Of a stretch of DNA of 64,000 bases, positions 30,255-40,933 are shown in pieces. Origin of the DNA: an uncultured Gammaproteobacteria bacterium (lineage in GTDB: Bacteria > Patescibacteriota > Patescibacteriia > UBA1558 > GWA2-36-10). A program made the position numbers and the translations under genes. The notes under the pieces were generated by a model. It was not told the origin of the DNA and did not search any database. It saw only the letters and a list, made by a program, of their open reading frames with translations. The stretch covers positions 20,052 through 84,051 of the forward strand of contig CAYRIU010000007.1 in NCBI GenBank assembly GCA_964424615.1, read 5' to 3'. Every line of letters begins with the position of its first letter. The stretch's first letter is position 1.

Positions 30255-31314
30255 TTTGATAAATTTCTAAATATTTTTTAACTACATTATCCCAGCTATT
30301 ATTTTTTGACCACTCAATACTAGCCTTCGAAAATGATTCTTTTAAATTAGAGTCTTCTAATATTTTTAAAATAGCTTGAGATGTTTGTTCAATATTATTT
30401 TGTTCAACAAGCAAGCCATTGAACCCTTCTGATACAGCGGCTGCAATACCATTATCCCTTGTACCTATGACTGGTAATCCTGCTGAAGCAGCCTCAAGAA
30501 AAACTAATCCGAATCCTTCAAAATGAAAATCATGATTTACAGAAGTTAATATAAATAACTCAGCAGATAGATATAATTCTCTTAATCTTTTATCATCAAT
30601 TGACCCTAAAAATACTACTCTATCTTTAATATTATTATCTATAATAATTTTTTGACACTCACTATAAATATTTTTATCAATATTACCAGCAATATAGTAT
30701 TTTATATTTGGATGTTTCTTGGCTACTCGAACAAATGCGGCAACAGAAATATGATAACCTTTTCTATAAGATAAATTACCCACACTTAGTATAAAAGGTT
30801 CTGACGGAATCTGCCTATCTCCAGAAAATTTTTCATGGTTAATCCCCAATGGAATCACTGAAGAGTTTTTCAACCATACTTCTTTTTTTATCTCATCTTC
30901 AATATATTGACTAATACACAAAACGCTATAAGCTCTAGTGTAAATATGTTTCACAAGCCAACGAGTTAATGGCTGATGCAAAGGTCTCACGGAATATGCC
31001 CCAGTAGCCGTGATAATATGCTTGATGCCCAAACCAAAACTAGCAAAATAGGCCGTAATAGCATAAGGATTTAGTTCTAAAGAATGAACTATATCAATAT
31101 TATTTTCTTTGATATAACGCCTTACTTTAAATGCAGTATAAATTGCTGACCACGATCTTTTTAAAATAGTAACTTCTCCATCAAAACCAGAATTAACTTC
31201 TGTTAATATCTTAACGTCATGACCACTATCAATCACACGAGTAATAATCTCTCTAGAAAATCTGCCCCAACCACTTTTTGTATCAAGAGAATTTGCTAAA
31301 TATAATATCTTCAT
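30238..31314 (-). CDS. Glycosyltransferase family 4
   Basis: VGNLSYRKG, EGFGLVFLEAASAGLPVI. Confidence 0.93.
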   Translation of the reverse strand: MKILYLANSLDTKSGWGRFSREIITRVIDSGHDVKILTEVNSGFDGEVTILKRSWSAIYTAFKVRRYIKENNIDIVHSLELNPYAITAYFASFGLGIKHIITATGAYSVRPLHQPLTRWLVKHIYTRAYSVLCISQYIEDEIKKEVWLKNSSVIPLGINHEKFSGDRQIPSEPFILSVGNLSYRKGYHISVAAFVRVAKKHPNIKYYIAGNIDKNIYSECQKIIIDNNIKDRVVFLGSIDDKRLRELYLSAELFILTSVNHDFHFEGFGLVFLEAASAGLPVIGTRDNGIAAAVSEGFNGLLVEQNNIEQTSQAILKILEDSNLKESFSKASIEWSKNNSWDNVVKKYLEIYQNAKNL

Positions 31315-31320
31315 AGACAC

Positions 31321-32451
31321 TTAAACCAAAAGAAATAAATTTTCTAATTTTTTCTCATCATCCAATATTAAAGCTTGCAAGGCAAACATACTAACCCAAG
31401 AGTTGACATGTTTTGCTTCTATACCATTGCTCATTTTACCAAAAAGAAACCCACCAACCTGAGATTTATTTGGCCCAAAATATTGATATTTTTTAATACT
31501 TAACAATATCTCATCTATTTTCTTATCAGAAATACCCAAAAGTATAGCTAATCGAGATATTTGAGCCAATATATCTACACGCTCATTATAATTAAAAACT
31601 TCTCCATGTTTATGACGTGGGACTATACCATCTTTAGTATTTAATAATGCCCATTCTACACCCTTTTTAGCAGCATTTAGATATTCTTGATTTTTTAAAA
31701 ACATACCTGCTACGTACAAACCTTCAGCTGAATAAGCGTGTGGGTGCAAATTAGTGCCATCTAAGTCGCCATAGGTTAAAAATTGACCATCTTGTTTCTG
31801 CTTTGTTAAAGCATAGTTACATAATTTTTCTGCTGCTATTTTATATTTTTCTTCATTTGTCAAATCATAAATATTCAGAAATCCTATAGCTAATTTGGCA
31901 TGATAAGGCCCTGCCTGAGTAGACCATGTTTTACTATGATCTTTAATCAAACCATCATCTTTACCAACCTGAGCTGCTATTGAACCATCTGTATCCTGAA
32001 AAGATATCAGCCAATCAGCCGCTTTTCTAGCAGCTAATAAATATTTTTCGTCTTTATTGTATCTATACAAATTTGCCAACCCATTAGCTATCATACCAAT
32101 ATCAAAAGAATGAAATTCTTCTGGTTTAATTGGTCCATTTTTTTGTGAATGATAATAGGCCGTAAGAAAAGCACCGCTACTATTTTGTTTTTTTAACAAC
32201 CAATCTCCTATAATAATAGCTTTATCAAATAAAATATTATCGTTAGTAACTTTATATAAATATAAAAAAGTGGTTAGTGCATAACCTGTAATTTCTAAAT
32301 AGGCGTAGGAAAATTGATTATTTTCTAAATCATACCAGGCATTAAAACTGCCTGCCAAATCATTTCCCTCAGTATCCAAAATATCAGCACTATTTTGAAC
32401 ACCTGAATGCATAAACCAATCTATAGCTGCTTTAACTTCTTTTTTTTGCAT
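31321..32451 (-). CDS. Uncharacterised alpha/alpha-toroid protein (prenyltransferase/six-hairpin-like repeats)
   Basis: Repeated A.DWL...Q..DG motifs; YLEITGY, FDIGMI, HPHAYSAEGL; overlaps the formyltransferase. Confidence 0.6.
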   Translation of the reverse strand: MQKKEVKAAIDWFMHSGVQNSADILDTEGNDLAGSFNAWYDLENNQFSYAYLEITGYALTTFLYLYKVTNDNILFDKAIIIGDWLLKKQNSSGAFLTAYYHSQKNGPIKPEEFHSFDIGMIANGLANLYRYNKDEKYLLAARKAADWLISFQDTDGSIAAQVGKDDGLIKDHSKTWSTQAGPYHAKLAIGFLNIYDLTNEEKYKIAAEKLCNYALTKQKQDGQFLTYGDLDGTNLHPHAYSAEGLYVAGMFLKNQEYLNAAKKGVEWALLNTKDGIVPRHKHGEVFNYNERVDILAQISRLAILLGISDKKIDEILLSIKKYQYFGPNKSQVGGFLFGKMSNGIEAKHVNSWVSMFALQALILDDEKKLENLFLLV

Positions 32452-33145
32452 ATTTCATTTTAAAATTATTTATTTCCTCTGGCGTTGGCCATTTAAATTT
32501 TGTAGCTTGTGATTCATCTTGTGGTATGCGAATAATATTACCTTGCTCTATATTTTTAATAGCCTCAACAAAAAGTTTAGCCGCTAATGGAACACTTTTT
32601 TTTCTTAATGATTCAACCGTATCATTATCGACAACTTGAATCGGTTGTTGTAAAAATATATCACCATCATCAAGACCTGGGTTAACCCAATGTATTGTCA
32701 CTCCCGCGTATTGCGTCTCGTCATTATACAGCATCCAAAACTCAGATTTTCCACCCCTGTATTTTGGTAATAATGAGGAATGGGCATTGAGACAACCAAT
32801 TTTAGGTATTGCCAAAACATCAGAACGTATAATTTTAGTTCCGTACAAAAGTAAAATATCAGCATCAGATGTTTTTAATATCAATTGTGATTCAATGCTA
32901 TTATGTTTATCGATAAAAGAATATGGTATATTATTTTTACGAAGAATATCCCTTGGCTCCTTAAAACTTGCTGTATGCATTATATTATTAATACGATGCT
33001 TCCAGCTAATCCTCTGTATATTTTTTGGAGAAAAAATAACGCCTACTAATTCTACTTTAGCATCAATTAAATTTTTTATAACCTCATAAGAGGCTGGTAA
33101 ATAACTCGTAAATAAAAAAACTTTTACAGATTTTTTTTTGTCCAT
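32432..33145 (-). CDS. Formyltransferase family protein (probably sugar-modifying)
   Basis: LNAHSSLLPKYRGG, GVTIHW..GLDDGDI; 237 aa, lacks the Fmt C-terminal domain. Confidence 0.88.
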   Translation of the reverse strand: MDKKKSVKVFLFTSYLPASYEVIKNLIDAKVELVGVIFSPKNIQRISWKHRINNIMHTASFKEPRDILRKNNIPYSFIDKHNSIESQLILKTSDADILLLYGTKIIRSDVLAIPKIGCLNAHSSLLPKYRGGKSEFWMLYNDETQYAGVTIHWVNPGLDDGDIFLQQPIQVVDNDTVESLRKKSVPLAAKLFVEAIKNIEQGNIIRIPQDESQATKFKWPTPEEINNFKMKYAKKRS

Positions 33146-34101
33146 TCTATATTTAATCTTAAGCCTTCATTAATACCAACTTTTGGACTCCAGCCAAAAA
33201 GATTTTTAGCTTTAGTGTAATCAGAGGTTAGTTTTGTCACCTCAGCTGGCCTTTCTGCGATATATAATATTTCTGAGCTAGAACCAGAAATTTCTTTTAT
33301 ACTTTCTGCAATCTCTTTTATGCTAATACCATGACCAGCGCCAAAGTTCACTACTTCCCCAATAGCTTTTGGATGTATGCCCATTATTAGAAAACCATCT
33401 ACTGTATCTGAAACATACGTAAAATCACGACTTTGTTCACCTGTGCCATAAATTGTTAAAGGTTTATTATTCAAAGCGAGGTTTATAAACTTGGGTATGA
33501 CATCATAAGTATGCCTTGGTCCATAAGTATTAAATGGACGAATAATAGCGATTGGCAAATTATATGTAATATACCATGAATAGGCTGCCCGATCAGCCGC
33601 TACTTTTGAGGCGCCATATGGAGATGTAGGATTAAGTAAATTTTTCTCACTGATAGGATCTGCATAACTACCATAGACTTCACTAGAAGATGTAATCACT
33701 ATTCGCTCAATATTATCTAGACCTCTGGCTGCTTCTAAAATATTCAAAGTACCCCCCAAATTTACATCAAAAACCTCAAGTGGTTGCTCAAAACTTTTTG
33801 GAACATATGCCTCAGCAGCAAGATGTAATATAATTTGCGGCTCAATCTTTCTGATAAGTTCCATGGAATCCCTAGAGGCAATATTACCGGTAATTATATG
33901 TTTAAATTTATTTTTTAAATGTGCAATATTCTTAAAATTAAGATCTCCTCCTCTATCTGATACAGAGGTACCTCGAACAAAAATAGATACTATGGCACCC
34001 AAATCTAACAATTTTTCCACTACATGTGAACCCATGAAGCCGTCTGCTCCAGTTACTAAAACATGTTTATTTTTATAATTACCAAATTGATAATCGGTCA
34101 T
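33124..34101 (-). CDS. NAD-dependent nucleotide-sugar epimerase/4,6-dehydratase
   Basis: VTGADGFMG, TSSSEVYG, YGASK, RPFNTYGP, RDFTYVSD. Confidence 0.93.
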   Translation of the reverse strand: MTDYQFGNYKNKHVLVTGADGFMGSHVVEKLLDLGAIVSIFVRGTSVSDRGGDLNFKNIAHLKNKFKHIITGNIASRDSMELIRKIEPQIILHLAAEAYVPKSFEQPLEVFDVNLGGTLNILEAARGLDNIERIVITSSSEVYGSYADPISEKNLLNPTSPYGASKVAADRAAYSWYITYNLPIAIIRPFNTYGPRHTYDVIPKFINLALNNKPLTIYGTGEQSRDFTYVSDTVDGFLIMGIHPKAIGEVVNFGAGHGISIKEIAESIKEISGSSSEILYIAERPAEVTKLTSDYTKAKNLFGWSPKVGINEGLRLNIEWTKKNL

Positions 34102-34184
34102 AATAATTATTTAATATTAATTTTAACAACACTAATACTAACACACGTAAATACTAAAAACAATGGTGTATTATATATTTTTTA

Positions 34185-35270
34185 CTATAAAATATCATTA
34201 CAGATATTAATAATTTTTTTGCTTGTATCACCATCACCAAATGGGTTTGCCCAATTTTTCTCTGTTGATAACATACTTTTAACTGATTCCAAAATTTTAT
34301 CAGGATTAGTGCCAGCCAAAATATTAACACCCACCTCAACTGTTTCTGGCCTTTCAGTCTCATCACGCATTGTAACGCAAGGCACACGAAGAATACACGC
34401 TTCTTCTTGCAGACCACCAGAATCCGTCAGTACTATTTTGGCTCCAGCTTCTAATTGCAAAAATTCTAGATAGCCCAATGGCTCGATGACAATAATATTA
34501 TCATTAGTTATATTTAAACTAAATTTATCTAAATTTTTTTTTGTTCTAGGATGCATAGGAAATATCATTGGCATATCTAGATCCTTCTGCACCAAAGATA
34601 TACCATCGATAATACCTTTTAGGCCTGTATAATTATCAACATTTTCAGCTCGATGAGCAGTAACTAAAATATACTCACCTTTTTTTATATTTAATTTATC
34701 AAAAATATTTACCTTTTTTTCAGCTACTTTCAGGTTTTGCTGAACAGCCTCAACTATAGTATTGCCAGTCAAAAATAATTTATGTTCATCTATTTTTTCA
34801 TCTTGTAATTTACCAAATGCATCTGAAGTTGGCACAAATAATAAATCAGAAATATGGTCAACAATAATACGAGTAATTTCCTCTAGCATATCTAAATTAT
34901 GACTACGCAAACCAGCCTCTACATGTCCTACTTTTATACCCAATTTATTGGCTGCCAAAGCACCAGATAAAACACTATTGGTGTCACCTAAAACCAAAAC
35001 TACCTCTGGCTTTTCTTTTTCAAGTACTGCCATAATACTAGGAATCATCAATCCAACTTCCTTACGATATTCGTTTCCATTGATGCCCAAATTATATTTA
35101 GGTTGTTCTAGCTCTAGATCCTCAAAAAATTTTTGATCCATATTATAGCTATAATGCTGACCGGTATGCAAAACAAAAAAATCTAAATCATTTTTTTTAC
35201 ATAAACGAATAATAGGAGACATCTTGATAATCTCTGGTCTAGTGCCTAAAATAATACATATTTTATTCAT
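34185..35270 (-). CDS. wecB: UDP-N-acetylglucosamine 2-epimerase (non-hydrolysing)
   Basis: GTRPEIIK, HTGQHY, GDTNS, HVEAGLRS, TDSGGLQEEA. Confidence 0.94.
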   Translation of the reverse strand: MNKICIILGTRPEIIKMSPIIRLCKKNDLDFFVLHTGQHYSYNMDQKFFEDLELEQPKYNLGINGNEYRKEVGLMIPSIMAVLEKEKPEVVLVLGDTNSVLSGALAANKLGIKVGHVEAGLRSHNLDMLEEITRIIVDHISDLLFVPTSDAFGKLQDEKIDEHKLFLTGNTIVEAVQQNLKVAEKKVNIFDKLNIKKGEYILVTAHRAENVDNYTGLKGIIDGISLVQKDLDMPMIFPMHPRTKKNLDKFSLNITNDNIIVIEPLGYLEFLQLEAGAKIVLTDSGGLQEEACILRVPCVTMRDETERPETVEVGVNILAGTNPDKILESVKSMLSTEKNWANPFGDGDTSKKIINICNDIL

Positions 35271-35319
35271 AATTTCAGATAGTTACTTGTTTTATATAAT
35301 GAATCGTCATTTTTAAAAT

Positions 35320-36051
35320 CTAGTTTAAAAAAATATCATCTAAATTTTTTTTTCTAGCAACCACGCCTATTTGCTGGGCAGCCTGAGGAAAAATCTTCAT
35401 AAACAATTTATCCAATATATTTTTTGGCTTTCCAATATAAGATATATTTTCTATCTGTAAACCATGCATATTAAGAATCTGACGAAGCATAGCTGGGCTA
35501 AAAAATATTTTATGCTGTGGCTGAGTGTACAATTTCTTTTCAATATTTCTTAAAGATATAAAATTATCTTTTGCTTCATTATAGGTTAACTCTGTCACAT
35601 CGCCCATTGAATCTTTTTTTCTAAAATAAATACGAAATACATTAATATAGCTAAATACATTAGGAGTGTCTATTATTAAAAATCCATCATCCTTTAATAT
35701 CCTAGCACACTCTAAAATCATTTCTCCTGGCTTCCATGAATGCTCAATAATTTCCCCGGCATAAATACAATCAAATGTCTTGTCTGGCACCACAGTAGAG
35801 AGGTTGTGCAAATCCCCAATGTATTGATTCTGAATACCAAGTTTTTCTGCTAAGTTCTTATTAACATCGAGTCCGAAATATTCACCACCATTAGTTTTGA
35901 TTATTTTTTCTATATCTATATTTTTTTCTCCATCACCAAGATTACCAACATCTAATATTTTAATTTTTTTATCTTTTATAAAATAAGAAAGGTGTTCAGT
36001 GCGTGAACGAAAAAACAATGAATCTTTTATACTAAAAAAATTATTTCTCAT
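35320..36051 (-). CDS. Class I SAM-dependent methyltransferase-like protein
   Basis: ILDVG, FDCIYAGEIIEH, LIIDTPN. Confidence 0.8.
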   Translation of the reverse strand: MRNNFFSIKDSLFFRSRTEHLSYFIKDKKIKILDVGNLGDGEKNIDIEKIIKTNGGEYFGLDVNKNLAEKLGIQNQYIGDLHNLSTVVPDKTFDCIYAGEIIEHSWKPGEMILECARILKDDGFLIIDTPNVFSYINVFRIYFRKKDSMGDVTELTYNEAKDNFISLRNIEKKLYTQPQHKIFFSPAMLRQILNMHGLQIENISYIGKPKNILDKLFMKIFPQAAQQIGVVARKKNLDDIFLN

Positions 36052-36055
36052 AAAC

Positions 36056-37111
36056 TTATCTTATATCATTTATAATACTACTGACTATCCTATGGGCGGT
36101 CATTCCATCCCAAAGTGGTATGGAGATATTTTGTTTATTATAATTAATTTTTTTGTACCCATTTAAAATTGATTTTTTGGTCACTCCAGCTAAAATATTT
36201 GTCCCCAACTCTACTGTAATTGGTCTTTCAGTTTCAGTTCTAATAGTCAAACATGGCACCCCCAAAACACTAGCCTCCTCCTGAATACCACCTGAATCAG
36301 TCAAAATTAATTTGGCATTTTTCTGATAGTATAAAGATTTTTTATATGATAATGGTTCCAATATTTTACAAATATTTTCTAGTCTCTTTAATAAACCAAA
36401 TTTTTCTGCCATATTTTTGGTTCTGGGATGAAGAGGTAAATATATGATAGCATCTTTTGCTATAATCTCAAGAGTATCCAAAATTTCTGTAAATATACTT
36501 TTATCATCAACATTTTCTGCTCTGTGTAATGTGCAAAAATAAAATTCTTCTTTAGATTCCTCTATTTGCGGTAAAAAATGCACCAAATTATCTATCATGA
36601 TGTTCCCAACTAAAACGATTTGCCCTCTTAATTTTTCATTTTGCAAATTTTCAACTGCATCTTCAGATGAGGCTAAGAGAAAATCAGATAATTGATCAGT
36701 GAGAATACGATTGTGTTCCTCTGGCATTTTATAATTTCTAGATCTTAAACCAGCTTCTACATGGGCTAGCTTTATTCCTAGTTTATTGGCAACAAGAGAG
36801 GCTACTAAGGTAGAATTTACATCACCAACTACTACCACTAAATCTACTTTCTCTTTCAAAAAAATATTTTCTAACTGCACCATAATATCAGCCATTTGCA
36901 CTATCACCGAGTGTCTACTTGGTTGTAAATTGTAATCAAATTGCAAATCAAACTCATCCAAAAAATCCTTAGACATATTAGCGTCAAAATGTTGACCTGT
37001 ATTAATCGTGACAAAATTTATATGACTTTTTTTTAACTCACGATAAAGTGGTGCGATTTTAATAAAATTTGGTCGAGCCCCACCTATTAAAGCTATTTTC
37101 TTAAATGTCAT
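36056..37111 (-). CDS. Second UDP-GlcNAc 2-epimerase-family protein
   Basis: GARPNFIK, TGQH, GDVNST, HVEAGLRS, TDSGGIQEEA. Confidence 0.92.
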   Translation of the reverse strand: MTFKKIALIGGARPNFIKIAPLYRELKKSHINFVTINTGQHFDANMSKDFLDEFDLQFDYNLQPSRHSVIVQMADIMVQLENIFLKEKVDLVVVVGDVNSTLVASLVANKLGIKLAHVEAGLRSRNYKMPEEHNRILTDQLSDFLLASSEDAVENLQNEKLRGQIVLVGNIMIDNLVHFLPQIEESKEEFYFCTLHRAENVDDKSIFTEILDTLEIIAKDAIIYLPLHPRTKNMAEKFGLLKRLENICKILEPLSYKKSLYYQKNAKLILTDSGGIQEEASVLGVPCLTIRTETERPITVELGTNILAGVTKKSILNGYKKINYNKQNISIPLWDGMTAHRIVSSIINDIR

Positions 37112-38267
37112 ACTGTTTAATAAATTGTAAAATATTCATTGACCTCTTTTCCCAAGTATATTGCTCAATATCTATCATGGCTCTCTGGCTAATATTTTGG
37201 GCTAATTTATCGTCAATAAAAATCTTAATAATAGCACCAGCAAAACTTTCAGTATTGCCTGGTTTGACTAACAGGGAATTAGACTCATTCAAAATCTCCC
37301 TAATGGCTGGCAAATCTGTAGAAATTATTGGCACACCAGAGGCCATATATTCAAACATTTTTAAAGGGGACATATAAAGACGATAGTGTTTTTGATCTGG
37401 ATAAGCCATTAATAATGCATCTGCTGATTTTTCATATTTTATGACTTCATTTTTGTTGACGTGTCCAATAAGTTGATAATTTTCTGGACCAATATTTAAT
37501 TCATTTAATATTTTTTTAGTATATTCAATTTCTTTTTTATCTAAACCAACGACCAATAAATAGGCTTTCGTATATTGAGATAAAACTTCCTTAAATGATG
37601 CGAAAATTAAACTCATTCCTTTTTCCTGGCCCATGGTGGTCAACTTACCAATATAGGCGATTATCTGTCTATCTTGAGGTAAATATAAATCTTTCCTGAG
37701 TATAATTTTGTTTCCATTTACTTGCCTAAAACTATTTAAATCTACGCCATCAGGGGCCACTAAAATTTTATTTTCATTTATACCAAAATCGACTAATTCT
37801 TTTTTTATGCCATTACTGATGGTTACAAAATAAACGCGACTATATATATATCTACGAAACCAATTTATATTTTCTGACCAAGTATGAATTTCATAATATA
37901 ACTGATATTTACCAAACAGAGATAACATTGCTAAGATAAAATAATCACGAGAGTAAATTACCCCACGATATTTTATTTTTTTTAAATAAATAATACAAGA
38001 AATTGCAAAAGAGATACTTTGTAAAATAAAACCAAAACTATTATTAAAAATTTTTATAGCATCAACAACTGGTATTTTTTTTATCTTAAATTTATTAGTA
38101 ATATCATAAAAAGAAAAAATATCTTCCTTAATCCAATTATTACGATTAGAGATAATTAGCTCTAATTCGTCTCCAGAATCAACAAAAGCCTCACACATTT
38201 TGACAATTTGTGTTCCATGCGCTTTTTCTGTGGGAATTCTAGAATTAGCTAAATATATTATTCTCAT
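37101..38267 (-). CDS. Glycosyltransferase family 4
   Basis: SPLKMFEYMASGVPII motif. Confidence 0.92.
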   Translation of the reverse strand: MRIIYLANSRIPTEKAHGTQIVKMCEAFVDSGDELELIISNRNNWIKEDIFSFYDITNKFKIKKIPVVDAIKIFNNSFGFILQSISFAISCIIYLKKIKYRGVIYSRDYFILAMLSLFGKYQLYYEIHTWSENINWFRRYIYSRVYFVTISNGIKKELVDFGINENKILVAPDGVDLNSFRQVNGNKIILRKDLYLPQDRQIIAYIGKLTTMGQEKGMSLIFASFKEVLSQYTKAYLLVVGLDKKEIEYTKKILNELNIGPENYQLIGHVNKNEVIKYEKSADALLMAYPDQKHYRLYMSPLKMFEYMASGVPIISTDLPAIREILNESNSLLVKPGNTESFAGAIIKIFIDDKLAQNISQRAMIDIEQYTWEKRSMNILQFIKQYDI

Positions 38268-39079
38268 TTAATTTTATTTATTAATTTCAAAGATCGGAAA
38301 ATCAACAAAAAATTATAGTATATTTGAAATAATTCGTAATTTAATGGTAACTTTTTACCATGTTTAAATTGTATCAAAAATAATCTCCAAAAATAACCCA
38401 AGGAAGCCCTTAAATGCCAAAGGAAAACCCACTTAAACCAACTCCTAAAAGTCAGGGCGCCCCAAGTCTTTAATTGCATATTTAAATACTTTAAAGATTT
38501 TTTCTTAAACTCTCTAAACGTAGGAAATGGCACATAAAGTGATTGATTTAACTTTACTACCTTGCTACTCATATTAAAAATTAATTTTTCGTGAATTGGT
38601 TTGGCATATTTAGTACCTGTGATAGTATTGAATAGTCTTATTTGATAATTAGGGTAGGTACTTGATAATTCTATAATTTTTCCTTCTATTAAATATTTTC
38701 TACTGATATTATATAAATTATCTTTGATATTAAAATCTAATCCTTTGATAGTCTCAACCAACTCCTTACTAACAAACTCATCTGAATCTAAAATAAAAAC
38801 CCATTCATATTTTGCATTAGCTATCAATTGATTCCTCAAGCCACTAAAATCTTTTATACTACCATCGACATTTTTAAATTTTTTATCCTGAATAATAATC
38901 TTACAACCATGTCTTCTGGCAATATCCAATGTATCATCTGTACTACCACCATCATTAATAATAATTTCTGCAAAATCATTAACTGATTGCAGGCATTTAT
39001 CTAATGATTGAGCGGAATTGAAAGTCAATATTAAAACAGAGCATGGTATATTGTTTGTGTTTAGACTATTTATTATCAT
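38264..39079 (-). CDS. Glycosyltransferase family 2
   Basis: SVLILTFN, DGGSTD, WVFILDSDE. Confidence 0.93.
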   Translation of the reverse strand: MIINSLNTNNIPCSVLILTFNSAQSLDKCLQSVNDFAEIIINDGGSTDDTLDIARRHGCKIIIQDKKFKNVDGSIKDFSGLRNQLIANAKYEWVFILDSDEFVSKELVETIKGLDFNIKDNLYNISRKYLIEGKIIELSSTYPNYQIRLFNTITGTKYAKPIHEKLIFNMSSKVVKLNQSLYVPFPTFREFKKKSLKYLNMQLKTWGALTFRSWFKWVFLWHLRASLGYFWRLFLIQFKHGKKLPLNYELFQIYYNFLLIFRSLKLINKIK

Positions 39080-39088
39080 AAAATAAAA

Positions 39089-40933
39089 CTACTTAAAATA
39101 TTCCTTATACCAAGCTTGGAAAGTCATAACTGCCCAAATCATATTAAGAGCATATTCTTTTTGATCTAAATGTCCCTGAAACAACTGATTGATTTTAGTG
39201 TAATCCAAATACTGCTTTGTTTCAGTATTAAAACCTGGAGACAAAAGCTCTTGGGCAAAATCTTTAAGATCTCCTCTGAGCCACTTGGCTGCTGGAGAAA
39301 ACCACCCACGTTTTTTTTCACTAAATAAATATTCTGGAAAATAATCTTGTAGGGCTTCGATAAATATTTTTTTGCCCTGCTGACGTTTATTTATTTTCCA
39401 AGCAGTTGGTATATTAAACGCTAGTTCTACCATATTTTTATCCAAAATAGGCACTCTTTGCTCCAAGGCCCAAGCCATACTCAACTTATCAGATCGTAAT
39501 AAAGATTCTTCTGCTAACCAAGTTTTAATATCCAATATCATGGAATTTTTGGTATAGTCTTGACCAAAGTTAACAAAAAATGATTGCCAATAATCCTGTA
39601 CAGTTTCCAAATCATTTACACCACTATGCAAAACACTGGATACTTGGTCTTCTTTTTGTGCCATGTAGCTAAAAAATCTATCCTGAACATTACTAATATT
39701 TACCTTCTTAAATACATTTTCTTTCTTGACTATTTTTGCTATATGTCTAGTCAAAAAATTATCCCTCAAATGCTGCGGAAATCTTTGCCATCGATCTATC
39801 CAGTAATTCAGATAATATCTTTCGTAGCCAGCAAAAAGCTCATCGCCACCATCGCCTCCCAAGATAACATCAACCTTTTGCTTAGCAAATTTAGCTAATA
39901 AATAATTAGCAACTTGAATATGATTGGAAGCCAAATCATCCATCTGATAGGCTACTTTGGAAAAATTATCAATAATATCTTGAGGTGCAATATCAATCTG
40001 CTGGTGATCAGTGTGATAATACTCTGCGGTCTTTTTAGCTAAAATGGCATCAGCATTATATTTCTCATAATCAATATCCGTCTTGAATCCTACTGTAAAA
40101 GTCTTGACTGGCTGTGCGACATGCTGCTGCATACTTCCCAAAATAGCTGTGGAATCAAAACCGCCCGAGAGAAATAAGCCCAATGGTCGATCAGACATCA
40201 ATTGGCTTTTGACTGCCATATCAAAAGTATGACGCAAATCATTTGTAGCTTGCTGATAGTCTGTATATTCTTGACTATTAGATAAATTATAATAACGCTT
40301 GATATCTAGCTGATTATTTTTTATCATCAAGTAGTGACCCGCCGGTAATTTAAAAATATTTTCAAAGGCAGTTTCTGGCTCTGGTATATACAAAAAACGA
40401 AAATAAATATTAAGAGCCCTAATATTCAAAATTCTTTTGATAGGATGTTCTAAAATACTTTTTATTTCAGAAGAAAAAATTAATTTATTATTTTGCCAAA
40501 AATAATACAATGGTTTAACACCAAAAGGATCACGAGCTAAGTATAATGTTTGGCTCTTTTTATCCCAGATAGCCAAAGCAAAAATACCATTGAGCTTATC
40601 AAAAATCTTAACCCCCCATTCCTGAAAACCAAGCAGAATAACCTCAGTATCGGTTTTTGATTTAAAAATACATCCTTTTTCTTCTAATTCTTTTTTAATT
40701 GACGCAAAATTATAAATTTCACCATTATAAACAATAGCTAAATTTTTATCTGGACTCAGCATTGGCTGATGACCAGCTGGACTCAAGTCAATGATTGATA
40801 AGCGATTGTGCCCCAAAGAAATATTTTCTTCCAACAAAATACCACTGTCATCTGGACCACGATGACTAGTTTTTTTGACCATTGCTTGTATCAAATTTTG
40901 GTCTCTGAAATTAAAACCATTTATACCACACAT
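39089..40933 (-). CDS. asnB: Asparagine synthase-like glutamine amidotransferase (probably glycan amidation)
   Basis: MCGI, HRGPD, NGEIYN, LSGGFDS, GDGGDELFAGY. Confidence 0.93.
   Translation of the reverse strand: MCGINGFNFRDQNLIQAMVKKTSHRGPDDSGILLEENISLGHNRLSIIDLSPAGHQPMLSPDKNLAIVYNGEIYNFASIKKELEEKGCIFKSKTDTEVILLGFQEWGVKIFDKLNGIFALAIWDKKSQTLYLARDPFGVKPLYYFWQNNKLIFSSEIKSILEHPIKRILNIRALNIYFRFLYIPEPETAFENIFKLPAGHYLMIKNNQLDIKRYYNLSNSQEYTDYQQATNDLRHTFDMAVKSQLMSDRPLGLFLSGGFDSTAILGSMQQHVAQPVKTFTVGFKTDIDYEKYNADAILAKKTAEYYHTDHQQIDIAPQDIIDNFSKVAYQMDDLASNHIQVANYLLAKFAKQKVDVILGGDGGDELFAGYERYYLNYWIDRWQRFPQHLRDNFLTRHIAKIVKKENVFKKVNISNVQDRFFSYMAQKEDQVSSVLHSGVNDLETVQDYWQSFFVNFGQDYTKNSMILDIKTWLAEESLLRSDKLSMAWALEQRVPILDKNMVELAFNIPTAWKINKRQQGKKIFIEALQDYFPEYLFSEKKRGWFSPAAKWLRGDLKDFAQELLSPGFNTETKQYLDYTKINQLFQGHLDQKEYALNMIWAVMTFQAWYKEYFK

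Noticed and set aside
34063-34473. 136-aa plus-strand ORF
   Set aside because: Mostly antisense to wecB; no recognisable features.
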